DNA of 60,113 nucleotides, counting the filler, from Spirochaetales bacterium (GTDB lineage: Bacteria > Spirochaetota > Spirochaetia > Treponematales > UBA12059): NCBI GenBank assembly GCA_016928955.1. It is 2 parts of 2 records of this genome, joined end to end, with 100 filler letters (N's around TTAATTAATTAA, not from the genome) between each part and the next. Parts side by side here need not be neighbours in the genome. Positions count along the whole stretch, not along the records: positions 1 to 29,007 come from JAFGJV010000018.1; 1 more part is not named here. One strand, 5' to 3'. The position numbers were made by a program, and so were the translations under genes. The notes under the pieces were generated by a model that saw nothing but the letters and a program-made list of their open reading frames with translations, was not told the origin of the DNA and searched no databases. Position 1 is the first letter of the stretch. The number at the start of each line of letters is the position of its first letter. This document shows positions 19,471-28,918 of this stretch, one piece after another.

Positions 19471-19568
19471 CTTATACCCCATTTTCATGGTCATGTCAAT
19501 TTTATTTCATAAAAACGTCATTTGCATGAAAATATTTCATTGACAGGGTGGTAAAGCGATGGTAGCGT
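19471..19568. promoter_or_regulatory. Divergent sigma70 promoters with candidate operator
   Basis: Minus strand: TTGACA(19499-19494)-17-TATAAG. Plus strand: TTGACA(19540-19545)-17-TAGCGT. Palindrome ATGAAA-ATA-TTTCAT at 19526-19540 touches the plus-strand -35. Confidence 0.7.
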
Positions 19569-19628
19569 ACGCGTGACGGGCCCTCTTTCGGGGCACGCCA
19601 TGTTGCCCATCCCGTAAGGAGGAACGCT

Positions 19629-20918
19629 ATGAAACCTTGGCACAAGGTCATTTTGGCCGTCCTGGCCGTCCTTGCCCTGGGAGTGTCCTGCGCAAAGAAA
19701 GCAGAGGGTCCGACCACATTCGAGTTCATGCATACCTATGTGGAAGAGGACCGCCAGCAGGTCATCCAGGGACTGATAGACGCCTTCCAGGCGGAGCGCT
19801 CGGATATAGTGGTCAAACAAGTACCCGTGTCCGAGGACGCCTTCTGGACGCGCATAACCACGCTCATGCAGGGAGCCAAGCTCCCCGCCCTAATAGACGT
19901 GTCCGTGGACCAGGCGCGGCTCTTGGCGGCGTCGGATGTTGTCGATACGGCGGCGTGTAGCCGCGTGGTCAACGACGTGGGCCCGGGCTCTTTCTACGCC
20001 GGCGCCACCTCTGTGCTTAAGGGCGCTGACGGCGCCATGTTCGGCGTCCCCCTGACCGGCTGGGTACAGGGTATCTGGTACCGCAAGGACCTGTTCGCCC
20101 AGAAGGGCCTGCCCGCTCCCGAGAAGTGGGCCGAAATCCTGGCCGCGGCCAAGGCCTTCCACGATCCGGCCAACAAGAAATACGGCATCGTGTTCGCCAC
20201 CGAGGCCAGCGACTTCACCGAGCAGACTTTTAGCCAGTTTGCCCTGTCCAACGACGCCCGGCTGTTTGATGCCGCCGGCGCTCCGGTATTCACGTCTGCG
20301 GAAATGAAGGAAGCCGTGGCTTTCTACCGCGACCTGTACAAGTACTGCCTGCCCGGCTCCAACGGCTTTACCCAGGTCAAGGACGCCTTTGCCGGCGGCA
20401 ACGCGGCCATGGTCGTGTATTCAACCTACATACTCGGAAGCCTCTTTGACCAGGGCATGGCCGACAAGGTGGGCTTTGCGGTGCCTGAAGGCTCGCGCCC
20501 GGCGTCGTTCGGCATGGTGTCCACCGAGGTCATCACCAACAGCGTGCCCCAGGCACAGCGCGACGCGGCGGCCGAATTCATGAAATTCCTCCTCCGCAAG
20601 GAAAACTACATAGCCTGGATGCACATGGCGCCCGGCGGGCCCAATCCGGTCCTGAAGGGCGTGGCTTCGGACGCGGCCTACCTGGACCATCCCCTGCTCA
20701 AGGCGTACGGCCAGACGGCGGTGGACATACCCGAGGCCTTCAGTGACCTGGCCATGTTCGGTTTCCAGGATGGCGTTACCCATCCCAAGATGGGCGAGAT
20801 CAGCGCCAAGATGATCATTCCCACCGCCCTGAACAAGATACTCGTTCAGGGCGCCAACCTGGACGCGGAACTGGACAAGGCGCAAAAGGCGATGGAGGAT
20901 GTCGTCGCCGCACAGTGA
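19629..20918 (+). CDS. ycjN: Sugar ABC transporter substrate-binding lipoprotein
   Basis: Lipobox LGVSC; GWVQGIWYRKDLF and FTEQTFSQFALSN motifs; AAGGAGG SD. Confidence 0.88.
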   Translation: MKPWHKVILAVLAVLALGVSCAKKAEGPTTFEFMHTYVEEDRQQVIQGLIDAFQAERSDIVVKQVPVSEDAFWTRITTLMQGAKLPALIDVSVDQARLLAASDVVDTAACSRVVNDVGPGSFYAGATSVLKGADGAMFGVPLTGWVQGIWYRKDLFAQKGLPAPEKWAEILAAAKAFHDPANKKYGIVFATEASDFTEQTFSQFALSNDARLFDAAGAPVFTSAEMKEAVAFYRDLYKYCLPGSNGFTQVKDAFAGGNAAMVVYSTYILGSLFDQGMADKVGFAVPEGSRPASFGMVSTEVITNSVPQAQRDAAAEFMKFLLRKENYIAWMHMAPGGPNPVLKGVASDAAYLDHPLLKAYGQTAVDIPEAFSDLAMFGFQDGVTHPKMGEISAKMIIPTALNKILVQGANLDAELDKAQKAMEDVVAAQ

Positions 20919-20970
20919 GCATGGCGAGCGCGGCCGGGCCTTGTGCCCGGTCGCTACCAGGAGGTCGGGC

Positions 20971-21867
20971 ATGAACCAGGCGACGCTTCCCCCCATCAAG
21001 ACGCTTGAGGCGAGGAACAGGCGGCTCGGCTTTATCTTCGTGCTGCCGGCCCTGGTACTCATAGGGGCGGTGATCCTGTACCCGGTTGGGTACAACATCT
21101 ACCTGAGCTTCTGGAAACCCGCCCTCAACCCGGCCAAGCCGGACACGCTGGTGGGCCTGGGCAACTACGCTCGGCTTTTGAGCGACCCGGAGTTCTACGC
21201 GTCGCTTGGCGTGACCTTTGCTTACGTGGCCATCACGGTGGCCGGCTCGACCCTGCTGGGCGGGGCGGCCGCCCTGCTCATGAACCGCCGTTTCCCCGGC
21301 AGGAAACTGGCTCGTTCGGCTCTCCTGTTGTCCTACGTGTCGCCGGTCATATCGTCGGTGTTCGTGTGGATATACCTGTTCAACGGCCTGTACGGCATGA
21401 TCGACTACGTGCTGGTGGACGCTCTCAAGATACTGCCTGTGGCGCCCCAGTGGTTCGACAACCCGGCGCTGTCCCTGGTGCTGGTGTGCCTGTTCGACAT
21501 ATGGCGGGTGTTTCCCTTTGCCCTGATCATGATCCTGTCTTCCCTGCAGGCCATAGACTCGTCCGTATACGAGGCGGCGGCCATAGACGGCGCCGGCCCC
21601 TGGACCGTGTTCCGGCGCATCACCCTGCCGGAAATCCTCCCGGTGGTGGCGTCCGTGGTGACGCTCCGCTCCATCTGGAATTTCTACAAGTTCGAGGACG
21701 TGTACCTCCTGACCAAGCAGGTGCCGCTGATAGGCGTGTACCTGTACCGCACGGCCTTCACGGTCAATGACCTCGGCCTGGCGTCCGCTATATCGGTGGT
21801 GCTCTTCCTGATCATCATGGGAGCCGTGGTGGCGCTGGCGTCGCGCAACAAGGGGGAACGCGTATGA
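20971..21867 (+). CDS. ycjO: Sugar ABC transporter permease
   Basis: YEAAAIDGA EAA motif; multi-TM; AGGAGG SD. Confidence 0.88.
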   Translation: MNQATLPPIKTLEARNRRLGFIFVLPALVLIGAVILYPVGYNIYLSFWKPALNPAKPDTLVGLGNYARLLSDPEFYASLGVTFAYVAITVAGSTLLGGAAALLMNRRFPGRKLARSALLLSYVSPVISSVFVWIYLFNGLYGMIDYVLVDALKILPVAPQWFDNPALSLVLVCLFDIWRVFPFALIMILSSLQAIDSSVYEAAAIDGAGPWTVFRRITLPEILPVVASVVTLRSIWNFYKFEDVYLLTKQVPLIGVYLYRTAFTVNDLGLASAISVVLFLIIMGAVVALASRNKGERV

Positions 21868-22700
21868 AAAGGATCCGGCTTAAGAACGTGCTCCTCAACG
21901 TCCTGGTGACGCTGGTCGTGCTAGCCGCCGTGTCCCCCTTCGTGGTCATGCTCGGCACGGCCCTCAAGCCATCGGCCGAATCCGTGGCCTATCCCCCGAC
22001 CCTGTGGCCTAAGCGCCCTACGCTGGAGCATTTTGCGGACGTACTCAAACCGGCCAAATTCCCGTTCTCCCGCTACTTCCTGAATAGCCTGATCGTGGCG
22101 GGTAGCACCGCATTGATAGCGGTGGTCGTGGGCAGCCTTGGCGCGTACGCCTTTGCCAAGCTACCCGTGCCGGGCAAGAAGTACCTCCTGTCCGGAACCT
22201 TTGTGGTGTACATGTTCTCAGGCATCCTGCTCGTGGTCCCGCTTTTCCGGATATTCACCGCCCTGGGCCTGTACGATAGCCGCCTCGCAGTCGTCATTGC
22301 CTGCTTGGTGTCCACCCTGCCCGCGGCCTTGTCCATGCTCGGAAACTATTTCAAGACCATACCGGATTCATTGGAGGAAGCCGCCCTCATGGACGGCCTT
22401 ACTCGGGTCCAGTGCCTGTGGAAGATCGTCCTGCCTCTGTCGCTTCCCGCCATCATGTCCGTATTCGTGTACGTGTTCATGATAGCCTGGAACGACTTTC
22501 TGTTCGCTTCCATCTTCCTGTCCGATCCCGAGAAAATGACCCTGCCTGTGGGCTTACGGCAGTTCTTCAGCTCCAAGGACTATGTGTGGGGCCGGATGAT
22601 GGCAGCGTCGCTCCTGACCGGCCTGCCCGTGGTGATCATTTTCGCGGCCGTGGAGAAATCCATAACCGGCGGCCTGACCGCCGGCGGGGTCAAGTCGTAG
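21864..22700 (+). CDS. ycjP: Sugar ABC transporter permease
   Basis: LEEAALMDG EAA motif, AWNDFLF and GLTAGGVK C-terminus. Confidence 0.88.
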   Translation: MKRIRLKNVLLNVLVTLVVLAAVSPFVVMLGTALKPSAESVAYPPTLWPKRPTLEHFADVLKPAKFPFSRYFLNSLIVAGSTALIAVVVGSLGAYAFAKLPVPGKKYLLSGTFVVYMFSGILLVVPLFRIFTALGLYDSRLAVVIACLVSTLPAALSMLGNYFKTIPDSLEEAALMDGLTRVQCLWKIVLPLSLPAIMSVFVYVFMIAWNDFLFASIFLSDPEKMTLPVGLRQFFSSKDYVWGRMMAASLLTGLPVVIIFAAVEKSITGGLTAGGVKS

Positions 22701-22798
22701 GATGGGGCTACCCGAAACGCCGACCATTCGCCCTTCTTCCTCCAGCTTGGAACGACATACTGAGAGCTCCTTGCAGAGGCGTGTTTTGAGGCTATCCT

Positions 22799-22943
22799 TA
22801 GTGTATCGAAGCTTTGATGTCGGAGCCGTGCGCTACCATGATTGGGACAAAAGCCCCCACTGATAGACGACGACTCTCTTTCATGTTGCCGCCCGCCAGG
22901 GCGGCCATCCTTTTGACAGGGACATCAAAGCTTCCTAACACTA
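22799..22943. mobile_element. Putative MITE (145 bp) with 23-bp imperfect terminal inverted repeats, family A
   Basis: TAGTGTATCGAAGCTTTGATGTC (22799-22821) is the inverted complement of GACATCAAAGCTTCCTAACACTA (22921-22943) at 20/23 positions; no coding capacity; the motif recurs elsewhere. Confidence 0.7.
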
Positions 22944-22991
22944 TGGAACGATCGAAAACGGATCGGTCTGTCCTATACCCGGGAGCATGCC

Positions 22992-23861
22992 ATGGCCACG
23001 TTGAAGTATCTTCCCTGCCTGGATTCCGAGGAACTGGCCGCTGCGCGGAAAAGGGATCTTGATCTTGACCGGCGGCAGGCACAGGACCTGGGACAAAGCG
23101 CGGTGGCCGTGTCGCGGGACGGCCACTACATGAACCAGGCCGGACAGCGCGTGGACATAGGCGACGCGGTGCGGGCCGCCGTCAGGAACAAGCTGAGCAT
23201 AGCGCCTGACGCCGTCCTGGACGCCAAGCCCCCGCGTTTTGCCCAAACGCTGGTCCAGGTGGGCAACGAGACGACGCTGGGAGCGTCTCGCAGGTTCGTG
23301 CGGGACGGCGGGGCCGTGCTTGCCCTCAACTTTGCCAACGGCATACACCCGGGCGGCGGCTTTCTCAACGGCGCAAGGGCGCAGGAGGAATTCCTGTGCC
23401 GTTCCAGCGCCCTATACCTGACCCTTGAAGGCGACCCCATGTACGCCGAGCATGCCGCGCGTCCCACCGCCGACTCCACGGACTGGGCCATCCTGTCGCC
23501 GAACGTGCCGGTGTTCCGGGGCGATGACGGCCGTTTCCTTGACGAACCCTATCTCCTCGGCTTTGTCACCTGCGCTGCCCCCGTGGCGTCGTCCGTTGGC
23601 CTGGCCCGTTCTGCCGCCCTTATGCGGGAACGCATCCGGCGGGTTCTGGCCATAGCGTCGGCCCATGGCTACGACAGCCTGGTGCTGGGCGCCTGGGGCT
23701 GCGGAGCTTTTGGGAACGACACTCTGACCACGGCGCGCCAGTTCAAGGAGGCGCTGGACGGCGACTACGCCGGCGCGTTCAGGGCGGTCGCCTTTGCCGT
23801 TACCGACTGGTCGTCCGAACGAAGATTCCTTGGCGTGTTCAGGGACGTGTTCAGCGACTAG
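22992..23861 (+). CDS. TIGR02452/DUF2263 family macrodomain, bacterial-type poly(ADP-ribose) glycohydrolase
   Basis: LNFAN-x3-PGGGFLNGARAQEE (GGG-X7-QEE PARG signature) and LVLGAWGCGAFGN. Confidence 0.88.
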   Translation: MATLKYLPCLDSEELAAARKRDLDLDRRQAQDLGQSAVAVSRDGHYMNQAGQRVDIGDAVRAAVRNKLSIAPDAVLDAKPPRFAQTLVQVGNETTLGASRRFVRDGGAVLALNFANGIHPGGGFLNGARAQEEFLCRSSALYLTLEGDPMYAEHAARPTADSTDWAILSPNVPVFRGDDGRFLDEPYLLGFVTCAAPVASSVGLARSAALMRERIRRVLAIASAHGYDSLVLGAWGCGAFGNDTLTTARQFKEALDGDYAGAFRAVAFAVTDWSSERRFLGVFRDVFSD

Positions 23862-23901
23862 TCCGCCGCGTGTCGGAACAGCCGAGAGCTTTCTCCCCAT
23901 T

Positions 23902-23937
23902 AGGGAGTCTCTAATAGGTTCGGTGTTAGAGCTTCCT
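23902..23937. repeat. Degenerate short palindromic repeat, family B
   Basis: AGGGAGTCTCTAATA...TGTTAGAGCTTCCT imperfect hairpin resembling the 18435 and 46249 copies. Confidence 0.4.
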
Positions 23938-24111
23938 CTGCTTTCCCGCACCTAAAACCCTTGCTGGATCATTTTCCTGTATGCATTATTGTCAGGGTGG
24001 GGCCAGTAGCCCGAACGCGGAGCTTACAACTTTTGGAAGCAGGACCCATGAGCGGGCAGCTGGGGGATCGCCTTTGCGGCAGATACACGCTTACTTAGGA
24101 AGGAAGCATAC

Positions 24112-25053
24112 ATGAGCACATGTCGTTGGATTATCGTTCCGGCACTGATCGCTTTGATTGTCGCCCTGGGCCTGTCCTCATGTGTCCAGCGCGACGAGGG
24201 TCCCGCACCGGTAACCGTGGCCACCATGATAGACTCAGAAGGAGCCATCCTGGGCAAGGCCATAGTCCTGCTCCTGGAAGATGGAGGCGTCAAGACTGTT
24301 GACCGTACTGAATTCGGGACGCCGGACATACTGCGCAAAGCCCTTGAGGCCGGAGAGGTGCAGTTGACCGTGGACTATACGGGCTCCGGGCAGTACTACC
24401 ATGAAGGATACGATCCCTCCATCTGGAACGATCCTGAGCGCGGGTATGAAATGACCCGACGCCTGGACCAGGAAGCAAACGACATCCACTGGCTTGCGCC
24501 CGCGCCCGCCAACAACACGGAAGCGCTGGCCGTTACCAGGGCTTTTTCGGAGGAGACCGGCGTACGGGATATGGCCGGCTTTGCCGACTACGTGAACTCA
24601 GGCGGTGAGGTAAAGCTGATATGCGCCCAGTCCTTTGCGGACAACCCCCTGGGGCTCATAGGCTTGGAGCTAGCTTACGGTTTCAAACTCAGACCCGACC
24701 AGCTCATACTGCTTTCGTCGGGGAACACGGCCGAGATGCTCAAGGCCCTGTCGGAGGGCACCAGCGGTGTCAACGTGTCGCTCGTATACGGCACGGACGG
24801 GGCCCTGGATGCGCTTCAGCTGCTGGTGCTGGACGATCCCCGGCATGTGCCGCCCGTATAACAGCCAGCTGCGGTCGTCCGCGGTGACGCTCTCCGAGAC
24901 TGGCCGGATATACCGTCCATCCTTGAGCCGTTTTTCGCCCGCCTGGAACTGGAGACGCTCCAGGCACTCAACGCGCAGGTGTCTTACGAGGGTAAGGACC
25001 CGCGCGAGGTGGCCCGAAAATTCTTGGTCGCCCAAGGGTTGCTCGACGAGTGA
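24112..25053 (+). pseudogene. yehZ: Osmoprotectant ABC substrate-binding lipoprotein (OsmF/YehZ-like) interrupted by an in-frame TAA
   Basis: Lipobox LSSC; IDSEGAILG, DYTG, PAPANNT and YGTDG motifs; TAA at 24859-24861, after which the same frame continues QPAAVVR...TLQALNAQV...GLLDE to TGA 25051-25053, overlapping the next start. Confidence 0.8.
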
Positions 25054-26273
25054 GTGTGTTCATCGCCGGGATTCTGTCGGTGGCCGGGAGCCTAGTCGTC
25101 CCGTTTTTCCAGGTGAGGGAAACCAGAGTGTCCACAGGGCACGGCCTTTCCCTTGCCTTGGCATCTCCTGGCTTCACGGCGGGTTTGGTAGTCTGGGCCA
25201 TTCTGGCCATCTGGGCCCTGGCCACGCGGCGTAGCCCGAGGGGTGGCGCCCGCGGGGTACAGCGCCCGAAACGGGCGGCGCCAACCCTTCTGGACGCGTG
25301 CGCTGTGGCGATCGGCCCGCTTGTGATGATGGCTCTTGCGGACGGCTCGACACGCATTGCCGGTGGCCTGCCGCTGATGGCCCGTGTGTCCTTTGGCCCG
25401 GGCTTGTGGCTTGCCCTGGCCGGCGCGTGGCTGTGCGCCATGGGAAACGGCCGACGTGTACAGCCCGGGCTGGCCGCACGCCGGACGGTGTCAGCCTTGG
25501 CCCTGGCCGCGAGCGCGGGCGCCGGTATAGTCCTGGCCATGTCCGGGGCCTTTTCGTCGCTGGGCATGGCCAGGGAACTAAGCAGCCGAGCGGCCTTGGT
25601 CGCCACCGCTTTTGCCGAACACATGGCCTACGCGTTTCTCCCGACCCTGCTCGCCGCCATGATAGCCCTGCCGTTAGGCAAAGCGTCCATCAACAAGGCC
25701 TGGGTGGAGAAACCGCTGTTCTTCACGGCGGCCATAGCCCAGACCGTGCCTACCCTGTCCCTGCTTGGCCTTCTGGTGCTTCCGCTGTCCGCGCTGAGGA
25801 CCGCCGTTCCTGCCCTCAAGGCTATCGGCTTCAGTGGGACCGGTTGGGCACCGGCTAGCATAGCCTTGTTTTTGTACGCGCTTTTACCCCTTGCGTCCAC
25901 GGCGCGCGCTGGTTTTGCCCTGGTGTCGCCGGCCGCCGTCGAAGCCGCCACGGGCTTGGGCATGAGCGGGCGGCAGGTGTTCCTCAAGGTCGAACTTCCG
26001 CTGGCGGCGCCCGCCTTGATCGCGGGTTTCAGGACGGCTTTGGCCCAGAACCTGGGCAACGCAGTGCTTGCCGGGCTTATAGGCGGAGGTGGGCTTGGCG
26101 GTGTCCTGTTCCTGGGTCTGGCCCAGGCTGCTCCGGACCTTGTGTACCTGGGCGCCCTGCCCGTGGCAGCGGCGGCTCTGGCTGTAGACGGGAGCCTGTC
26201 GTGGGCGGAGTCGGTCGCCTCCCGTAACGCGGGACAACAGCGGGCGGACGAGCTCAAGGAGGCTGTCGCGTGA
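25050..26273 (+). CDS. yehY: Osmoprotectant ABC permease (YehY-like)
   Basis: QTVPTLSLLGLL, VEAATGLGMS and LIGGGGLG motifs. Confidence 0.8.
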   Translation: MSVFIAGILSVAGSLVVPFFQVRETRVSTGHGLSLALASPGFTAGLVVWAILAIWALATRRSPRGGARGVQRPKRAAPTLLDACAVAIGPLVMMALADGSTRIAGGLPLMARVSFGPGLWLALAGAWLCAMGNGRRVQPGLAARRTVSALALAASAGAGIVLAMSGAFSSLGMARELSSRAALVATAFAEHMAYAFLPTLLAAMIALPLGKASINKAWVEKPLFFTAAIAQTVPTLSLLGLLVLPLSALRTAVPALKAIGFSGTGWAPASIALFLYALLPLASTARAGFALVSPAAVEAATGLGMSGRQVFLKVELPLAAPALIAGFRTALAQNLGNAVLAGLIGGGGLGGVLFLGLAQAAPDLVYLGALPVAAAALAVDGSLSWAESVASRNAGQQRADELKEAVA

Positions 26274-27031
26274 TCAGCTACAAAAACGTGCGCAAGCGCT
26301 ATACAGCGCAGGACGGCCCTCCCGCCCTGGACGGCGTCAGCCTTGATCTTGCCCCCGGATCGCTGACCGCCCTGGTGGGCCCCTCGGGATCTGGCAAATC
26401 GACCCTCCTCCGCTGCGCCAACCGCATGGTTGAGCCGGATTCGGGACTCGTCCTGTTCGACGGCCGGCCGATCCAGGAACTGGATCCGGTGGCTGTAAGG
26501 AGAGGCACGGGCTATGTCATCCAGGGAGTCGGCCTCTTCCCCCACCTGACCGTAGCCAAGAATATTGGCGTGGTACCGTCCTTATTGGGCTGGCGGAAAG
26601 ACCTGATAGACGACCGCGTGGCGGAGTTGCTGGATATGGTGAGACTCCCCCTGTCGTGGGCCAGGCGCTACCCGCATGAATTGTCAGGTGGCGAAGCCCA
26701 GCGCGTCGGGGTCGCTCGGGCGCTCGCCGCGCATCCTCCACTGCTTCTCATGGACGAGCCCTTTGGCGCTTTGGACGCCATGACCAGGCTGGAGCTCCAG
26801 GACGAGTTCATGAGGATACGACGCGAGCTCCGCACGACTGTCCTGCTTGTCACCCACGACCTGATGGAAGCGTTCCGCATGGCGGATCGTGTGGTTCTCC
26901 TGCGGCAGGGCAGGGTGACCGTGAGCGGCACTCCTGACGAGCTGGCCGCGCGCCCCGACGACCCCTTGCTGCTCGAATTTTTGTCCGGCGTGCGCTCCCT
27001 TGGCCGTTTCTTGGAAGGAGCGAGGCAATGA
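26270..27031 (+). CDS. yehX: Osmoprotectant ABC ATP-binding protein
   Basis: GPSGSGKS Walker A, LSGGE signature, LLLMDEPFGALD and VTHD. Confidence 0.88.
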   Translation: MISYKNVRKRYTAQDGPPALDGVSLDLAPGSLTALVGPSGSGKSTLLRCANRMVEPDSGLVLFDGRPIQELDPVAVRRGTGYVIQGVGLFPHLTVAKNIGVVPSLLGWRKDLIDDRVAELLDMVRLPLSWARRYPHELSGGEAQRVGVARALAAHPPLLLMDEPFGALDAMTRLELQDEFMRIRRELRTTVLLVTHDLMEAFRMADRVVLLRQGRVTVSGTPDELAARPDDPLLLEFLSGVRSLGRFLEGARQ

Positions 27032-27768
27032 GGCTGCTACGAGCAGTAGCCCCGGCCGCGCTCCTGGCCGGCCTGTTCTTCTTCACCGTGTTCCGCTTTG
27101 ACGATATAGCGGCCCTTATAGAACCCCTTGCCCCGGGCAAGCGCCTCTTCGTTGAACGGGAGAGCCTGCCCGTGTTGGCCTGCCAGCACGCGGCCTTGGC
27201 TTTTGGCACAAGCCTGGCTGCCTTTCTTGTGGCTTTTCCACTTGGCTTATTCACGGCCGTTGCGGCGAGCGGCGGATTGACGGGCGCCATTGATAAGTTT
27301 GCCGCTCTGGGTGAAACCTTCCCCACGGTCGCCCTGATGGCCCTGCTTGTGCCTGCTCTGGGGTACGGTACGCCGCCAGTGGCCCTGGCCCTTGGTCTCT
27401 ACGGAATACTGCCCGTGGTGAGGAATACGGTGGCAGGCATACGTTCGGTTTCAGCGGACAGTATCGACGCGGCACGGGGCCTTGGCATGACGGATACTCA
27501 AATTCTTCTGAAGGTTCGCCTGCCACTGGCCGCGCCCTTGATCATCCAGGGCCTCAGGATCAGCCTGGTGGTGAACATAGCCGCAGCCACCGTGGGTGCT
27601 GCGGTGGGCGCAGGCGGGCTCGGCGTGCCGATCGTGTCGGGAATCAGGAGCTTTGACACCCTGCTCATCCTCAAAGGTTCTCTGCCAGTGGCTTTGATGG
27701 CGCTCGCCTCAGACAGCGCCTTAAAAGCGCTGGCCGCCATAGCTGGCTCCCCTGTGCGACGAAGCTGA
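27028..27768 (+). CDS. yehW: Osmoprotectant ABC permease (YehW-like)
   Basis: ETFPTVAL, IDAARGLGMT and VGAGGLG motifs. Confidence 0.82.
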   Translation: MRLLRAVAPAALLAGLFFFTVFRFDDIAALIEPLAPGKRLFVERESLPVLACQHAALAFGTSLAAFLVAFPLGLFTAVAASGGLTGAIDKFAALGETFPTVALMALLVPALGYGTPPVALALGLYGILPVVRNTVAGIRSVSADSIDAARGLGMTDTQILLKVRLPLAAPLIIQGLRISLVVNIAAATVGAAVGAGGLGVPIVSGIRSFDTLLILKGSLPVALMALASDSALKALAAIAGSPVRRS

Positions 27769-27781
27769 CACCTGTCTCGTC

Positions 27782-27804
27782 GACATCAAAGCTTCGTCAC
27801 ACAA
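27782..27804. repeat. Solo copy of family A terminal repeat
   Basis: GACATCAAAGCTTCGTCACACAA, same orientation as 22921-22943. Confidence 0.75.
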
Positions 27805-27885
27805 GTACCCGGTCAGGGAGGTCGGCGTAGCGCTTACCCACTAGCCAAACTTGCACGATGATGACTAAGGAGCCGTATCCCGCTT

Positions 27886-28872
27886 TTAGGAGCTTGCCCG
27901 CGCTTTCAATTCAAGCCGCTTCTTGCGGAATTCCATGATGGGCAGGTCGCCCTGTATGAGACGCTCGCCTGTGCCCGTACCATCGGCCTTGGGCAATTGA
28001 GTATTTACCACCCGCCGATCTTGATGGGCGACGATCAGGTTGAAACGGCCGGCCATTTTTAGTATCAGCCAGCGCAGTCCGGGAAGGCGCATGAAATTCT
28101 GGTAAAAGCGCAGGTACAAGAGCGTGTGCGTATGGTCCACCGGTACGAAGAGGCCGAGAACGCGCACCTTGTCCGCTATGCGGTTCTCCCACATGTTGGG
28201 CAGAATGCATTCCAGCTTGTACGAGCGCGTGGGGTCAGGCACGGGCACGTCCTTGGGAGCTCGCGGTCTGGTCCCGTCGTCGACTTTATTGTACACGTAA
28301 TGGTAGAAGAGGTGGTCGCCCTTCCACTCAAAGCCTGGTCCCTCTACCAGGGTCTTGTTGCCTCGGCCTATGGTGTTATGGTGCACGAAGGGTAGGTGTA
28401 CCACATCCAGCTGGTTTTCCAGAACCCGGGTGTAGTGATTATCCCAGGGGTCAACCACGGTCATCCAGGACTTCATGTCCTTGAGATCGTCAAAAAACTC
28501 TGGTGCCTCGAGATCCACGGGTGGATCGTCGCCCCACCATATCCAGATGATGCCGTGGTCCTCGTGGCAGGGGTAGCTTTTCATGCGGAACTGCGGCGGC
28601 ACGGGGGCGTTACGACCGTTGGCCGGAATGAGGACGCAACGGCCGCTCGGATCGTATTCCAGACCGTGGAAAGGACACTGGAGGCGCTGGCCATTGACGA
28701 TTTTGCCCTGGGCTAGGGACGCTCCGCGGTGGGCGCAGCGATCGTAGAAACAGACGGGTTTCCCATCAGCGCCGCGCCAGAATACCAAGCGCTCGCCTAG
28801 TCTCGTGACACCCAAGGGGCGCTTGCCAAGCTCCCGGGATTCCAGGACGGCGTACCATAGCTTACGTATCAT
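27886..28872 (-). CDS. Rieske non-heme iron oxygenase alpha subunit (VanA-like)
   Basis: CAHRG...CPFHG Rieske ligands and ENQLDVVHLPFVH mononuclear Fe motif; promoter TTGCAC-17-TACACT. Confidence 0.9.
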   Translation of the reverse strand: MIRKLWYAVLESRELGKRPLGVTRLGERLVFWRGADGKPVCFYDRCAHRGASLAQGKIVNGQRLQCPFHGLEYDPSGRCVLIPANGRNAPVPPQFRMKSYPCHEDHGIIWIWWGDDPPVDLEAPEFFDDLKDMKSWMTVVDPWDNHYTRVLENQLDVVHLPFVHHNTIGRGNKTLVEGPGFEWKGDHLFYHYVYNKVDDGTRPRAPKDVPVPDPTRSYKLECILPNMWENRIADKVRVLGLFVPVDHTHTLLYLRFYQNFMRLPGLRWLILKMAGRFNLIVAHQDRRVVNTQLPKADGTGTGERLIQGDLPIMEFRKKRLELKARASS

Positions 28873-28918
28873 AGTGGATTAAGTGTATGCGCTGTCCTCA
28901 TGGCGTGCAATATTCACA

